Positions 1 to 14,500 of a stretch of 64,000 nt of DNA are shown in pieces (positions within the stretch are counted from its first letter, which is position 1; every line of letters starts with the position of its first letter). The position numbers were made by a program, and so were the translations under genes. The notes below the pieces were generated by a model. The model made no database searches and was not told the origin of the DNA. It was given only the letters and a program-made list of their open reading frames with translations. Source of the DNA: Pocillopora damicornis. Its lineage: Eukaryota. Where the stretch lies: positions 1,178,001 to 1,242,000 of the forward strand of contig NW_020846063.1 of NCBI RefSeq assembly GCF_003704095.1, read 5' to 3'.

Positions 1-180
1 TTCTTTTTGCTGTGAGGTTTTTTCTTTTTCCGTGAGTCGTTTTCTTTTTTCCGTGAGGTTTTTCTTTTGCGGTGAGTCGTTTTCTTTTTGCCGTGGGGTT
101 TTTTCTTCGGCCGTGAGTCTTTTCTTTTTGCTGCGAGGTTCTTCCTTTTGCCGTGAGGTTATTTCTTTGGCCGTGACAGT
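1..180. repeat. Minisatellite, about 20-21 bp unit (consensus about TTCTTTTTGCCGTGAGGTTT), about 9 imperfect copies, intronic in PSMC6
   Basis: Repeated ttt(t)gccgtgag(g/t) units directly visible from base 1 to about 180. Confidence 0.9.
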
Positions 181-261
181 TGTGGGCCACCGTACTTATT
201 GATTTGGAAAGATCTAAAAATATAAAAGGAGCAACTATAATCTCGGGAGGAACAGAAGTAA

Positions 262-690
<429 letters not shown>

Positions 691-2109
691 TGTAGAGTAG
701 ACGTAGACTTCAGAAATCTTTTTTCTTTCAGTATGTTGTCGAAGTCCTAAATTTTCCTTCAATAAATCTAGGTATAGTGCCTGAGTGAAATATGAGAACG
801 TAGTTCAATTGTGAACAGTGTAACTATGTTTTGCTCTGACATCATTGGGCCAAAAGATAGAGCTAAAAACTAACAACTAGCCAACACATTTGACAAAATG
901 AATGAACATTGATTTCGCCGGATTTTTTCTAATTCCAAGATATATATTTAAGGAGTATATCCCCCATTGATAACGATTACAAAAGTTTTTCTCATAAATA
1001 CACTTCCCTGAAGGCCGGAAAGCAGATAGCGACGGTCTTAAAAATCACTTGTGTTAACCCGTAACTCCCAAGATCCGATTGGTAATTCTCCATTCGGCCT
1101 GCCGCACAATTCCTTGAAAGTCACATGAAAGAATTTGGTTTTGAATCAAGATGACTCCTTCCAGCTGACAAGCTAGTCTACTCTCACGACTCCTTTGAAG
1201 GATGTTGCATCGAAATCGTGAGGAGAAATGATATGTAGATCCTTTCTGGGGCGGTAAACTGCCATCAAACTCTCACATTAAAGTATGTCCTTTTATTTTG
1301 GACAGCGAAGTTGCGAGAGTCACAAGAATGATATCTGGTTACATCTGTCTGACTATAGATCCTCCTTTAATGTCAGTTTCTATGCATTAGTTTGTGTTTA
1401 CGGCAATAGATGATGGTATTACCGTTAAAAATTTTTTGTTCGAGAAATAAGACTTCTTTGCCTCAGGGGAGAACCGAAATAAGAGGCCAACTCCTCACCC
1501 CTCCCCTCCAGATCGTACCAAAAATAGTCTTGTCAAAAATAGCAACTAACTATAAGTGGATGTTATGACTTGTTACCANNNNNNNNNNCCCCCCCGAAAA
1601 AAACAAAAACAAAAGAACGAACAAGAGTGATTATTTTGCTTATCTAAACAGTGAGCAAAGTAAGCCTGCTTTTATTTTTTCCTCCAATTTTCGTTTCCTA
1701 GTTTTCGTGTTCTTATGAAAAATAGGATAGAAAAACATTTTTCCGGACTTCTCAAGATAAGAACAACCAAAACTATCGGCACGAAAATTATGTTTTAAAA
1801 ACATCGATGACATTTGTCGCGTATAACCGCTTAAAAGCAGATATTGTCATTTGGATAGGTTCAGAACAGACCGGGCGGTCGGGATAGCGATTTAAAAAAA
1901 AGGAAAAAATGTATGGTACAGTTGGCGGGCGGAAAGATAAAAGTTGTTTTCCTTGACGGCAGGATTCTATCATTTTGCATGTAGTATTGAACAAAACATC
2001 CTGCCTGGTGCTAGTTTTGATAATTTCACCGACCATCATGTGAGCCAAAGAGTTATTCCTGATATCATGAATTATTTTGATGACAGATTTTGTTGAGTGG
2101 CTGCTAGAA

Positions 2110-2542
2110 TCTTGAGAACCAATGAGAGTAGATTTTCTTAGTAAAACCGTTAGCATAATTTCTGAAAAAGAACATTCTTTACGAACAGGTAGAGAAGGAG
2201 CAATCTTACAGCAGACGCTGTGCATTTCTCTGCTTTATGAGCGGTTTAACTCCTCAAGTCACAGCCAATCACGAGAAACGATTGCAAGAGATGGCTCATT
2301 CCTTTCTCTTGCGCGCAATTGGCTGATTACATCCACGTGACTCACTCTGTGGCCGCTGGCACGCAAAAGGCGTTTATCATGTTGATTTTATCGAATGTGG
2401 AGCGGTTTGGACTTAAGTCATCCTTCCTTCGGGACTAGTACCTGGGTAATTTTCGTCAGAGGGCTCGGGAGCATACCGTTAAGTTTTGTTTCGCTTTGAA
2501 TTTTTTGTTTCAGTCATCTGGGAGGCGTAAAACGGCGGGATC
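2110..2542 (+). promoter_or_regulatory. Probable DLG1 promoter/5'UTR: CpG-rich, CCAAT boxes, E-box
   Basis: CCAAT at about 2119 and 2265, ATTGG at about 2318, CACGTG at 2334-2339, directly upstream of the DLG1 ATG (2543). Confidence 0.55.
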
Positions 2543-5500
2543 ATGCCGGTTCGTAAAGAAGGTAGGTCGTCTCCGCGAGTTTGAATTCACGGGGAGTTCT
2601 GCAATAAGCAGTGATCACTAAAATAATGTTACTGCCATGAAGTGATTTTTCGCATTAAATTCAAATGTTATTATTTCAGATGCTGGTAAAGCTCTCGAGC
2701 TTTTGGAGCGTTACTATGAGAAGTTAAACAAGCCGCAAGATCGAGCGCTTCGCATGGCCATCGAGAGAGTAATTCGGATATTTCAAAGTCATCTGTTTCT
2801 AGCTCTACTTGGTAAGATCCGTTTGATATTTGCATTTCTCGAGTGTTATATTTAGTGAAGGGTACTAGTTAGCGATGGTACCTGAATAATTATTATTGTG
2901 CGGTTTTATTTTCTGTTCGATTTCGTTGTCTTGACAATCTAGAATGAGATATAACCCGCTGGAGCAAGCCGTCGAAGAGGATTTCAATAGGTCCGCGTTT
3001 CTAATATTTCTGTAGGCCCCTCGCTGTTGTGTTTTCAAACTGTATGTTTCTTGTATAATTAAAATTCAGATATACAAGAGTTTTACGAAACCACATTGTT
3101 AGATGACACCAAAACACCCGAACAAAAAGCTGAAGAAACGCATGAAGCCTTACGAAGTTGGCAGAGTCATCATGCCCCTGTGGAATCGCCTCCAAGCTAT
3201 CAGGATTTCGAAGAGGTAAATTTGTAGCTAGACTTTGCTTCCTGTACTTTGAAACGGTTTTTCTAGAGGAGCGCAACGAAATCTGATAATGTAGCGAAAG
3301 TTCGAAATAACTAACAATAACATCTTGAAGTTTGTGTCTTATTCGAGGAGAGACAATCACAAAGGAAATGGAAATTGACATATTTAAACATTGGAACATT
3401 TCCTGATGCAAGGTGCAATTTTACAAAATGACAGATTGCGTGTGTTAAATCTGAAATATTGGTCATGTGTAGGTGAATCTTCATCGTTGTCCTTAAAAGA
3501 ATTCTATAATTATTCTTTTGTGTATAAAACATTACTATCTGCGATCAGTTTACGTTAAAACAACGTTTTACTGATGTCTTTGACAAGATTCATATAATTT
3601 AAAATTTATTGTTACCAGCAGTGATAATTAAGTTTTTTATTGTTGTAGATTGAACTGTGATTTATCATAATGCAAAATAAACCATTTTTAAATGGCATGT
3701 TGCTTTTGGCAAGACATTTAAACTGTGAGGTTTTTCCCTCAACCTATTTTTGACCAAATATTAGTGATGATTTATTTTTAAGCAAAATTCTGCTTTGTTC
3801 TGCAGTTTGTTTTGAGGGTAACTTAAATTTGTGCTAAGTTCATGAGCCTTAGTGAACATGTTTCAAAAAGTTCTACTTGTAATCATAAATTTATTGACCT
3901 TCTATTTTTGTAGATGTTATAGTGTTAAAAGGATTTAGATTTCAAATTGATATGCAGGAAATAATCTTCAAGTTGCAATATTGGTGGAAATTTTGTCCTT
4001 ATACTTTTGTACCTCTAGATTTTCTTACAGGTTTATCTCAGCATTATTAACATTACTAAAAATGACATTAGTCCTTTCAAAAAATAATTCCATTTGGCAG
4101 CACAAGAAATAAAAAATTACAGGAATTGTTGCTTGATTTTAATGCTGTCTCTCGTGACTTCGCATGCTTTTGAATTGATATCTAGTTTCATTTTGTTATT
4201 AAGATTGTATACCTGATAAAAAAGCTATCATTTTACAATTTGTTCTTATTATATCTTCTAGGGAGGTGTAAATGGAGAAACAGTCCTGACTCCAGTGGTT
4301 ACACAAAGTATTGTCCAGAGTGACCAGCAAGACAGCTTTGTGGAGGTTTGCTATCGTTTTTTTGAAAAATGAACCTAAGATTTTATCTGTAATTCTATTT
4401 GTGGCTGCTATACGTTTATTTGAAAATCAACAAAGATAATTTTTGTGTTTAACCAAGATAACTACTTTTAGCTGATAATTATATATATTATTATCACCTG
4501 CTTTTTGGGTAATATATCAACATAGTAAAGAGAAATCACTTTTTAGTCACCAGTAACAGTTTAGGGTTAACCATTTGACTCCCAGAAATTATTAGTGGAT
4601 AAAGGATAACTATCTATTTGGAGATGTTGCCTTGATGTAACAGCAAAGTTGCCAAAGTAGTCAAGAAAGAAATTTCAGATCTTGGAAGCTATTGAAGGGT
4701 AAAGCATCTCTGAAATTGCTTTTAACCTTAAAACTGCTACCAGAATTAACTATAATGTCTCAATATTGCTGATTTTAGAAGATTTTGAAACTTTGAGAGA
4801 GGATTATTTTGATGATTTTGTCAGATTGTGTTTAATCCAAATTTCAATTTGTATGGTAAGGTTTTTAGTGATCTAATTTGATGTATGTCTGTTGCTGTGG
4901 AGATTAGAGGACTCACTTTAAAGTGAATTAAATCTACAAGTTTCTAAAATTGTGTTCACAGTATTTCAGTTTGCTCTTGATTTATATAGCATCACTAATC
5001 ATCTAGTTGGTCAAAGTGCTGTACCTTCATTTTTTGTTTTCATGGTTGAGTACAAGACTCTGCTTTAATCTTTTTAGACAATGCATGAAATAATTTTAGT
5101 GTGTCTGTTTTTTATCTTATTAGTGACATATAATTTCATTAAACCAATTCCACACATTGCTGGTTTGTCTAAGTGCAAACCTACTTAACATTTTGAACAC
5201 ATCTTAGTTTAAACAATCTTAGATCACATAACTCCAATTTGGATTAATCTAAACTTTATTTTTGATTTGAGAGAGCAAATTTTTCTACACATAGATTTAG
5301 ATAAATTCTTTCTCCTCTATTACCAAAAAGGTTGTTCGATATTCCCACTTTCCTTGAAAGTTAGTCAACCACCTATCAGTGAGATAAAATGATGACTGGT
5401 TTTTGGAATTTCTTTCAAATTTCCAGTTTCAAATTAGTTTAGATATTTTTATGTGTAGTGCAGTTCCAAAATGATTTATGTTTTCTCATGTTGGAGCTGC

Positions 5501-5555
5501 CTTGTACTCTGAGCCCAAAGTAAAGATTCCCTTTATTGTTTGTATGTTATCTCAT

Positions 5556-5593
<38 letters not shown>

Positions 5594-8500
5594 GTTATTA
5601 TTATGCGAAATTTGCTTTTCATCTTTTAGTTGAAGTTTTCTGTAGTTTGTGAAATTCTTCATTCTCACTACATACATGTGATATGTATGGAGAAGTTAGT
5701 CACAAATCATCCTTGCAATACTTTTTCTAGTGGATCAGGAAAGGGTGTTTCCTGTGAAACCACAATTTTTCCTATGGTGATAATTAATTGCATTGTGTCA
5801 TAAATGGATTGTCATCTAATGTGGTAGAAGAAAAGAAGGTCCTAATCTTGAACTATGCCAATAGTTGTACCACATTTTTTTTAAAAAATTTAAGGAAAGA
5901 ATAACTTTTTGTCTGGGTTTTATCAGCTTGTGCACTGAAGCTTGGCATTTGTATTCAGTATTAAAAAGATTGTGGTTTTGTTTGCATGATGTTTTGACTT
6001 AAGCAGCTTATTAGTATGCATAGTTATTACTACTTACTGAAGCTTGAAGTTTCATGTTACAACAGATGCCATCAACTTCTTGTGTGAATTCGTGATAAAT
6101 TCACCCAAAGAATTGGAAAATGTTTGCACTGAAAATTCCTTGTCCATTAAGTTTTACAAGCACATAGCTTTCAACTTCACAATGAGAAAATTGCTAAGAT
6201 CCTGTACACCTTTCAGTGGGGTACAGACACTCATTGAAGTGTATCTTGTTTAATAAGTTTGTTTTTGAATGTTACTTGTATATCTATTCAACCTAACTTG
6301 GGTTGTGTTTTTTTATCCTCTAACATTAGAAATCAACTGCAGAGTCTTCACATGTTGATAGTGGATTGGTAAGTAGAGAAATAGAACTGTAGAACTAAAC
6401 TTGTTAAGTGCCCTCGATTGATAGGAGTCAGCATATTGTTATGCTTATCCATTGTCCAAAAATTACACACTGCTCTGTGTTTGTCATATTTTTCTCATAC
6501 CAGTGGGTTGTCTTACATAATTCTTCTGGCCAACAGATGGTGCTTTAGTAGTTCAGTTTCATTTGAAAGTGACAAGGGAGCTTGCACAGCTGACAATTGA
6601 TGGTTGTCATATATGCTAATAAATAGAACAGAGTGTCACCTCAAGTAGTAAAAAGCATGATACAATCTGTTGTCTGCACATCCAGTCTTTAGTGGTTAAT
6701 ATGAGATTATTACACTAAAGCTGTCAGTAGAGGTCAACAAATTTTTTTTGGGCTGCAAATGTTAGCCTAGGGGCAGTGTTTGTTCCAGGATAGTTTTTGC
6801 TTCCATTTCCCTGCCTTATTTATAATAGAAATTGCAAAGTTCATCTTGATTTATCAGACCTTTGGACCTTGAAATGATGTTGTGTCAGATATTGATACTC
6901 TTTCTGGAGAATTTTTTTTTGCATGTTAAATTAGTTTTAGTTCACCAAGGGTGGGAAAATAGACATTTCAGTTTAAAAGCTGTTATTTTGTCAATACCTT
7001 TTTTACAACAATTAAGTTTATTTTTTCCAAATGTAAATTATGTTATGGACAAGTGGAGTTGTTTCTGGAAGTTCAACAACTTTTTCTTTGCTAACATTGT
7101 CTATGATGTTCTCTCTTTCCTTTCTGTCATCTGCATTCTTGAAAAGAAAAAATCAACATCAAAATGTCAGGAAATATCAATAAATGAATAAAAACAAATT
7201 TTAAACCAAAGCTGCTTAGTATTAAACAGTGATTAATTTATACACCAAAAAGGTGCAAACAATAAAGAAAAAAATGTGTAAGGTGCTGTTGTTCAAATTA
7301 TATTTTCTTTGAATGGCTTCATTAAAAAAAACCTCAAACAATGGTGGAGATGGTTTAAATGTCCTCAAAGATGTATAATTTCTAGTCAGTAAAGTTTGTT
7401 TATTCTTTGAAATTTGAAAAACCTCTGATTTCACCATTGGTTGTTGTATACATGTACATCCATGTTTGTTCAATTCAAACAAGTTCTCTTCAGTTGGAGT
7501 TGTCCTTGTGGTCAAAGCCAGTTCAATTGCTTAATCATCAATTTTAAAGCTGTTCAGTCTTTCACTTAATACAGGGGGCTCTCAACATGATAACCACTTG
7601 ATAACTATTGCAATGTAGCTACATACACAACAGAGTGCTAATTGTTTTGATAAGTTACTAATGACCACCTGTTGTGGTAAACACATTGGTTTCTTTGGTG
7701 AAAATCAAATGACAAGTTGAGTTAACTTGAGCTGTATTTTCCCATCACTTTCAAGCAACAAATTTAACAATATTGGTTTTTTATCCCACATTGTTTTCTG
7801 AAATAAAGGGGAAAAAATTGGACTGATTCTCCTATACTTTTGGATTTTGAATCTCAGATCACATAAAAGACACAAAGAAATTGCAAGGTGACAATTCTGT
7901 GGAAGCACAGAGATCAAATGTGGAAGTTAATGTGAGGGAATCTATGGTGAAAGTTCTTGTCATTGAAACTAATTGAAAACAGAGCTTATGAATACCCAGA
8001 TGCTGTTGTAAACAAACTGTATGCATCAGTTGTGAATGTGACAAAGTTTCTAAACAGTTTTCTCTTTTTTCTTTTACAGGAAAATGGCCATGTTGACTCT
8101 GGGGATTATCAATGCATTGACATCACTTTAGAAAGGGTGGGATTATTGTACTGATTTTTTTTAAGTTAAATTTGTGCTCTCTCTTTCCTAGGAATTTTGT
8201 ATTTATTTTTGAGACATGTCCTGCCAGTGAGGCAAGGAACTTTAGCAACATGAATATTGTGTTTGTAATCAGCACTTTATAGTGCAATTTAGTGATAAAA
8301 GATGAAGGTGCAAAATATTCTGATATGTTCTGGCAGACTACCCAAAAGGAAGCTGCATGCATTTGTAAAGCTCTTTGTCAAACAATATTTTTTTTTCTGT
8401 TTAAAAAATGAAATAAATGTCTCTTTCAATCTCCTTGTCCATTCACAACTGACCTAAAGAGTTGTTGATTATCTCTTCAGTGATTCAGCTGGTTGTGATT

Positions 8501-11500
8501 GTGTTTTGTTTTCAGGGGACAACAGGTCTTGGTTTTAGTATTGGTGGAGGAAAAGATAACCCACATATAGATAATGATTTTGGCATTTACATCACAAGAA
8601 TCATCAAAGGAGGCGCTGCTGCTCAGGATGGGAGACTGAAGTAAGTTTTCTGCAAACTAAACTATTATTACTATTCGCCAAATAGAGGTCAATATATTTT
8701 TTAATGCCATTTTACTTTGATTCAGGACAAGGTAAGGTTAATTTCACATAGGTGCTCTATATGGCACCTTGGATTTAAAGCCTGACATCTGGGGATTTTA
8801 CCAGAGGTATCTTTTTCATTTGAATTATTATTGCTTATTGATTAAATTGTTCATTTTATTTGCAGTGTTGGAGATTGTATAGTGAAAGTAAACAATACAT
8901 CAACAGTTAATGTGTCTCACCAGGAAGCTGTGGAAGCCTTGAAAGCAGCTGGTGGGACAGTGACATTGGTAACTGCCTGCTTTTATTTGTCAACCATTTC
9001 ATCAATAATGATTCTGTATCAAACAAGCGCTGTTATGTTTGCTCACAGTTTGAAATATTGAGGAAGTATTTTGAAAGCAGTCAAGGTGTTTAAAGTTGTA
9101 TTTATTCTGCATTTTGATTGTTGTCACATCCTTTCTTACAGAATTTGATTAATAAATACAGATGGTATAAGGACATATTAATGAGTTTAAATCAAATTAC
9201 CCATTGTTTTTGGTAATGTAATAAAGTTTAATGTGCAGAAGTACAGATATAAAGCTCAGTGGGAAAGGTGCACAAGACAGTCTCAGAGAAACTTTAATTG
9301 ATATTTGTTCTATGCAAGAAATCAAAATGACATTGTATGAAAACAGCTGCAATTATGAGTAACTATGTGATTATTTGAACTGACAGACATTAAAGAGAGA
9401 GCAATCTGCCAAACCAGGCTCTGAAAATCAGCAGACTGAAGAAATAGTATTGACAAAAGGAACCAAGGGTAAGAGAGGTGATTTTGTTTGTCACTACACT
9501 TTTCAAGTGATTAAGATGCCATATTATTTTGTTCATGCAGGTCTTGGTTTTAGTATCGCAGGGGGCAAAGGAAATCAACATGTACCAAATGATGATGGAA
9601 TTTACATCACCAAGATAATTGATGGAGGGGCAGCACAGCAAGATGGAAGACTACAAGTAGGCGACAAGATAGTTAGGGTGAGTTACATGTTGGTAATTAA
9701 CCCTTTACAGCCTAACATCAGTATGCATATTCTCCACACTGCTCTTTATACATTTCCTAAGGTGCTGACAGGGAGAATTTGTTTGCCAATCAAAATGTTC
9801 CTTCCCTGGTGACCATTTCCTTTATTCTCATAACCTTAATGTGTGAAACAGGAGTGATATTGTAGGGAGAAATTAGATGCTGGTCACTCATAGGGTTTAA
9901 AGGGTTAAGTATTTTATTGATATATCTTAGGTGTGGCATACTTATTCTATTTAAATTTTCCCCCCACCACTGGATAAAATTTAAATTAGGAAAAAAGAAA
10001 GGATGCAATTAGCAGAATGTAGTGTATATAATGGGAATAAGGGAAAAAATAAGTATGGTTCAAACTAAGTACTTTACATCATTCTTTTAATAAATATCAC
10101 AACCTAGCCAACTTCCTCCCTCAGCTGCTGGTGCATGAAGATATTTGACATGTGGTGTCTTTGCCCCACTGTAGGTAAATGATACATCCTTGGAGGATGT
10201 GGCACATGAAGATGCTGTGGCCACTCTTAAGAAGACACAAAATAAAGTTGTTATAGTTGTGTCAAGAGTGGGCATGATGCATACTACTGATTCAGGAACC
10301 CCTCCCCCAGTTTATCACGAAGCTGTAAATTTAAGTAAGTACCAGACTTCTTAGCTTTTAATTAGCAGACATAACATGTTGTTTTGGTTGGTTACATATG
10401 AATATATCAAAAGTAAGCTGTTCTCTGCAGAGATTCTGGAATGGACAGACAGTACTTGTACTTATAATGGTGACATGTTATTATTAGTGACATGAAAGTT
10501 TTTATTTTGGCCCACAAATAAAAAGCACCTGATATTAATCATACAAATCAGGTAAAACATGACTGAAAACCTGGTATTTGGGTTTCCTCCATAATTCTTG
10601 CCTCAGCCGGAAGGAAGCGTACCAGTCAGGTATTTACCAGTGTGACTAAGGAGTTGAACTAAGGACTACCCAGAGAGGTCTGTGAACCTGGGACCTCAGG
10701 ATTGAGAGTCCAAGGCACCCTCCACATGATCATGCCACTACCCTTTTTTTAAATGGAACACATAGTGTGCTGTGTGCTCTATGTGGTTTCTGTATGTACC
10801 AACATGGGCTGTGTTTTGGGAGATTTTGTCTTGGTCTCCTATCAACAGGAATGGTATCATGGAACAAAGTGTGAATCATAGAGGATCTATGATCGACACT
10901 TTCTCTGGGGCATTAAATCTGGTACAAACAAAAATTTAATGCAATTTTGGAGAAAACAAAGACCATAGCATGTGGCATTCTGAGCTTGGTCTTTGCTAAA
11001 GCTTATTTGAAAATTTGTTTCTGTTTGAAACTTTTGAAAGAAACATGTAATTTTGTGACAAGGTCAAACCCAGTTAATGGGAGTTGTACAACTGAGGCAA
11101 GTTTAATTAAAGTATATCTATTTCCATGGCAGGTCAACCACCTCCACCATCCCCCCCACCAGAAGAAAAAGTTACAGATAGCATACTGCCAATAGCGGTG
11201 CCTGTTCAAGAAAGTGCTCCACCAAATGAACATACTAACAGTTTGAAAAAAACACAAGCTCCCTCAGTGCCAGAGGATGATGGATTTACAAGGTTAGAAT
11301 GGAAGCAGTTTTGTAGTTTTGTAGTTAGGACCCTTTTTCTGTTTGATTGTTTGGTTTGGAGGTTTGAAAAGTTTATAATTTTGGAGAGTGATAAGATTGC
11401 AGTTGTATTATGTTTACGAAAGAGGTGTCGTTTGTTGCTCTTCTTGTAAGGAAGCGTTTTTAAAAAACATCGTTCTGACAATTTTTCATAGAAATACATC

Positions 11501-14500
11501 GCACTTTTTATTTTTTAATGCACTTTCACAGTTTTTGTGCAGATTTTCTAAACCATCAACATACACAGAAATACTGTTTTTAGTTAAAATACAAACAGAA
11601 CTGACCCCCCCTTTACACAACTGTAACTGCATGGTGAGAAAGTTAGGTTTCAATATGTGATTAATTTGAAGTGGTATCTTGACAGAGAGCCAAGGAATGT
11701 CGTGTTGAACAAGGGACCCACGGGTCTGGGGTTTAACATCGTGGGCGGTGAAGATGGTGAAGGAATTTTTATCTCTTTCATTCTTGCTGGTGGTGTGGCT
11801 GATCTCAGTGGAGATCTGAGAAGAGGCGATCAAATCCTCTCGGTAAGATTGTTATTAACTATGTAACTCTTAGTTTCGTCGAAATTCTTCTATAAAGGAG
11901 GAGTATGTAGCATCAAGGCGAATCAGGGCGCGCGTGTGGCTAATCACAGCTTAGATGACGTTCTCTTATACAATCAGGTGTAACGCTTGAATCGATATTT
12001 TCCCCACGCTTTGAGAAACTGTGATTTGACCGTGTCTAATTTCTTTAAACCAGTGAACTCCCTTTCCAATCAGAAGCAGATTACATCAATCATTTCCCAA
12101 CCTTTCTTGAAAATGTCCTGTCTTTGTTGGTTCGACCACAAATATTGCAACAGTTATTCTTCTGTTCTTTAATCCAAATATTTGTGCAGTAACCGCATTG
12201 TTTGGTTGTTATTAATTCGTTTGAAATCAGCGTGGGTGGGAATTTTCGGTGTTGTCCCGTAACCCGTGGGTAGCGCAGTCGATTCTCGTCAATTTATTCA
12301 ATGAGATATAACAAGAAACAAATATCGATCCGCTGAACAAATGGTATTGAGAAGGAAACAGCAATACACGTCAATGACTTAACCAATATTTAACAATTTG
12401 CCTGTCTTGCCATCTTCCAGGTAAAAAGGAAATACATATGAAATGTTTAGATGAAATTTGTCATTTATTTGATCTCTTAGATTGATCTAAGCGCAATGTG
12501 ATCTTGGTGTTGGTTTCTTTCGTGAATTGAAAGGATGTTAGAAGGTTTCTTCTTGATCAGCATTAGCTATTCATTTTCCATCAGTATTAAGTAACAAGTA
12601 CTAATATTTTCACAAGTCGCAATTAAAATGTAAATTTTGACGCGCTTAAATCATTCTCTACATAATTGCCGTCGTTGGAAGAGTCGCTATCGTTGTACAG
12701 ACCCATGTGATGAATTATAAATAACGAAATCAGATATGCCAACAAATTAAACCGAATTTGTGCGAGAAGACGCCATGATATTCGAGTCAGTTTTGTTAAA
12801 ATTTTAATTATTACAGCATCGTTCTTAACATTGTGTTTCAGAGACAGGGCGTTCTATTTTAGTTCATGTAACCGTTTTTTTAAGATAAGAACGTATTTTA
12901 AGCTTTTCTTGATGTATTTTCCTTTTTATTTTTTGAGTTCGTTCGATTCATTTTACTTCAGGTAAATGATGCCGATTTGGAGGACGCCACACACGAAAAA
13001 GCAGCCGCTGCATTGAAGGGCGCTGGGAACACTGTGGTGATAGTGGCTCAGTATAAACCCGAAGGTAAGCGCTATATTGCTTCTTGATTTTATTACGAAA
13101 AACTCTTCTAAATTTCATCTGTGGTTTTCCCTCGATTTCTTAAAAGTTTCTCCGAAAGTCTAAAAAACTTTCGCCAATTGGCTAGGTTTTGAATTGAACA
13201 CTCAATATTAGTTTGGACAAAATTTCTTTGAAATAATATTATTTATAGAATCGGTTTTTCGAATTTATATTAACTAGTATACTGCCGGTGAACTTCGAGT
13301 TTTCATGTCTCACGGAAATATGAATATGCGTCTTGGACTATGATATTGTTAGTTTTTTTCCGTCCAGTTTTCATCCTTCGAATTGTCATTTTCACACTTA
13401 AGAGAGTCGTAAAATTTACAATCGCAGCTGATGGTCACAAAAACCTTGTAACTAATTTGACAGATTTATTAGGTCTCGTTAACCGCTTGGTGTATTTTTG
13501 GTTGGCATGAAACAGTGTGTATACATTTGATTTGTTCTTATTCGACTTCCTGCATAAAATGTTTACAAATATCGCCATGTGTGTCTGTAATTTTATCAAG
13601 GCGCTTGTTCCGCTCATGGTAATTTTTTGCAAGAGTGTTTTATTTTAAGAGTTGTTATAAAGTGATGTTTATACAATGGTTTTCGGCGAAATTGAAGCTT
13701 TTTGTAGATTTTTATAGTATTTTGTAGGGTTCAGCACTGCGAATTTTTTGGGGTTCAACATTGTGATAAATCAAAACTTTCGTAAGGATCGGACATTGAT
13801 TAAAAGTGACATGCTTGAAAATAATGTATGTGTGATGTTTCAACAGATTATGTTGAGTTTCCGTTGTTCTTCCCATTCCAATATCTATGTTTTCTATGCC
13901 CCTTTCATATGTTCATATGGTGTAATTTCCCTTTCGACAGAGAGGAAAAATACCATAATTGTGACAATCATGTTCTAAAAATGCTACTCAAATTGTCATT
14001 TGACTTATTCGTTGAAGTATCTTTCATTTAAGGACAGAATATTCAGAAAGTCATCAGCATACCAATGAAAGCAATTTGTAAAGATGTCGCCGTGTTCAAC
14101 TCGAATATGTGATTCATCTTGTGCTGTGAATGAATACTGCTAAGTTTTCAAAAAGTGGATGTATGCCAAGGCGTGGATTATTTACTTGACTAATATTTTT
14201 ATATTTTTATTGATGATCAGTGTGTGTTTTGTTCTGATTCAGTTTTAGTTTTGTGGCCTTGTGAGAATTAATAAACAAAAGCTTAGTACACCCAGAAGGG
14301 AACGCGCTTGTGATAGTTCATTAAATATGAACGGACATAATGGATTAGATATGCGCTGCGGCTAACGATTTCTGCTGCTGTTGTCTGCATTCGTTGGCCA
14401 TCGCGGAAAATTTAATGAACTCAACAGCGAAATTGCTATCAGTCGATCGAGTTTGACAGTTCGGCGCTTCGCGTAGCCCGCACGCCCGTGCCAATATAAT

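Noticed and set aside
1-180. Regularly spaced short repeats as a CRISPR array
   Set aside because: Units are contiguous with no unique spacers, lie in a eukaryotic intron and have no cas genes nearby; this is a minisatellite.
1788-2225. 145-aa minus-strand ORF upstream of DLG1
   Set aside because: No recognisable motif, non-coding-like composition, and it overlaps the promoter region.
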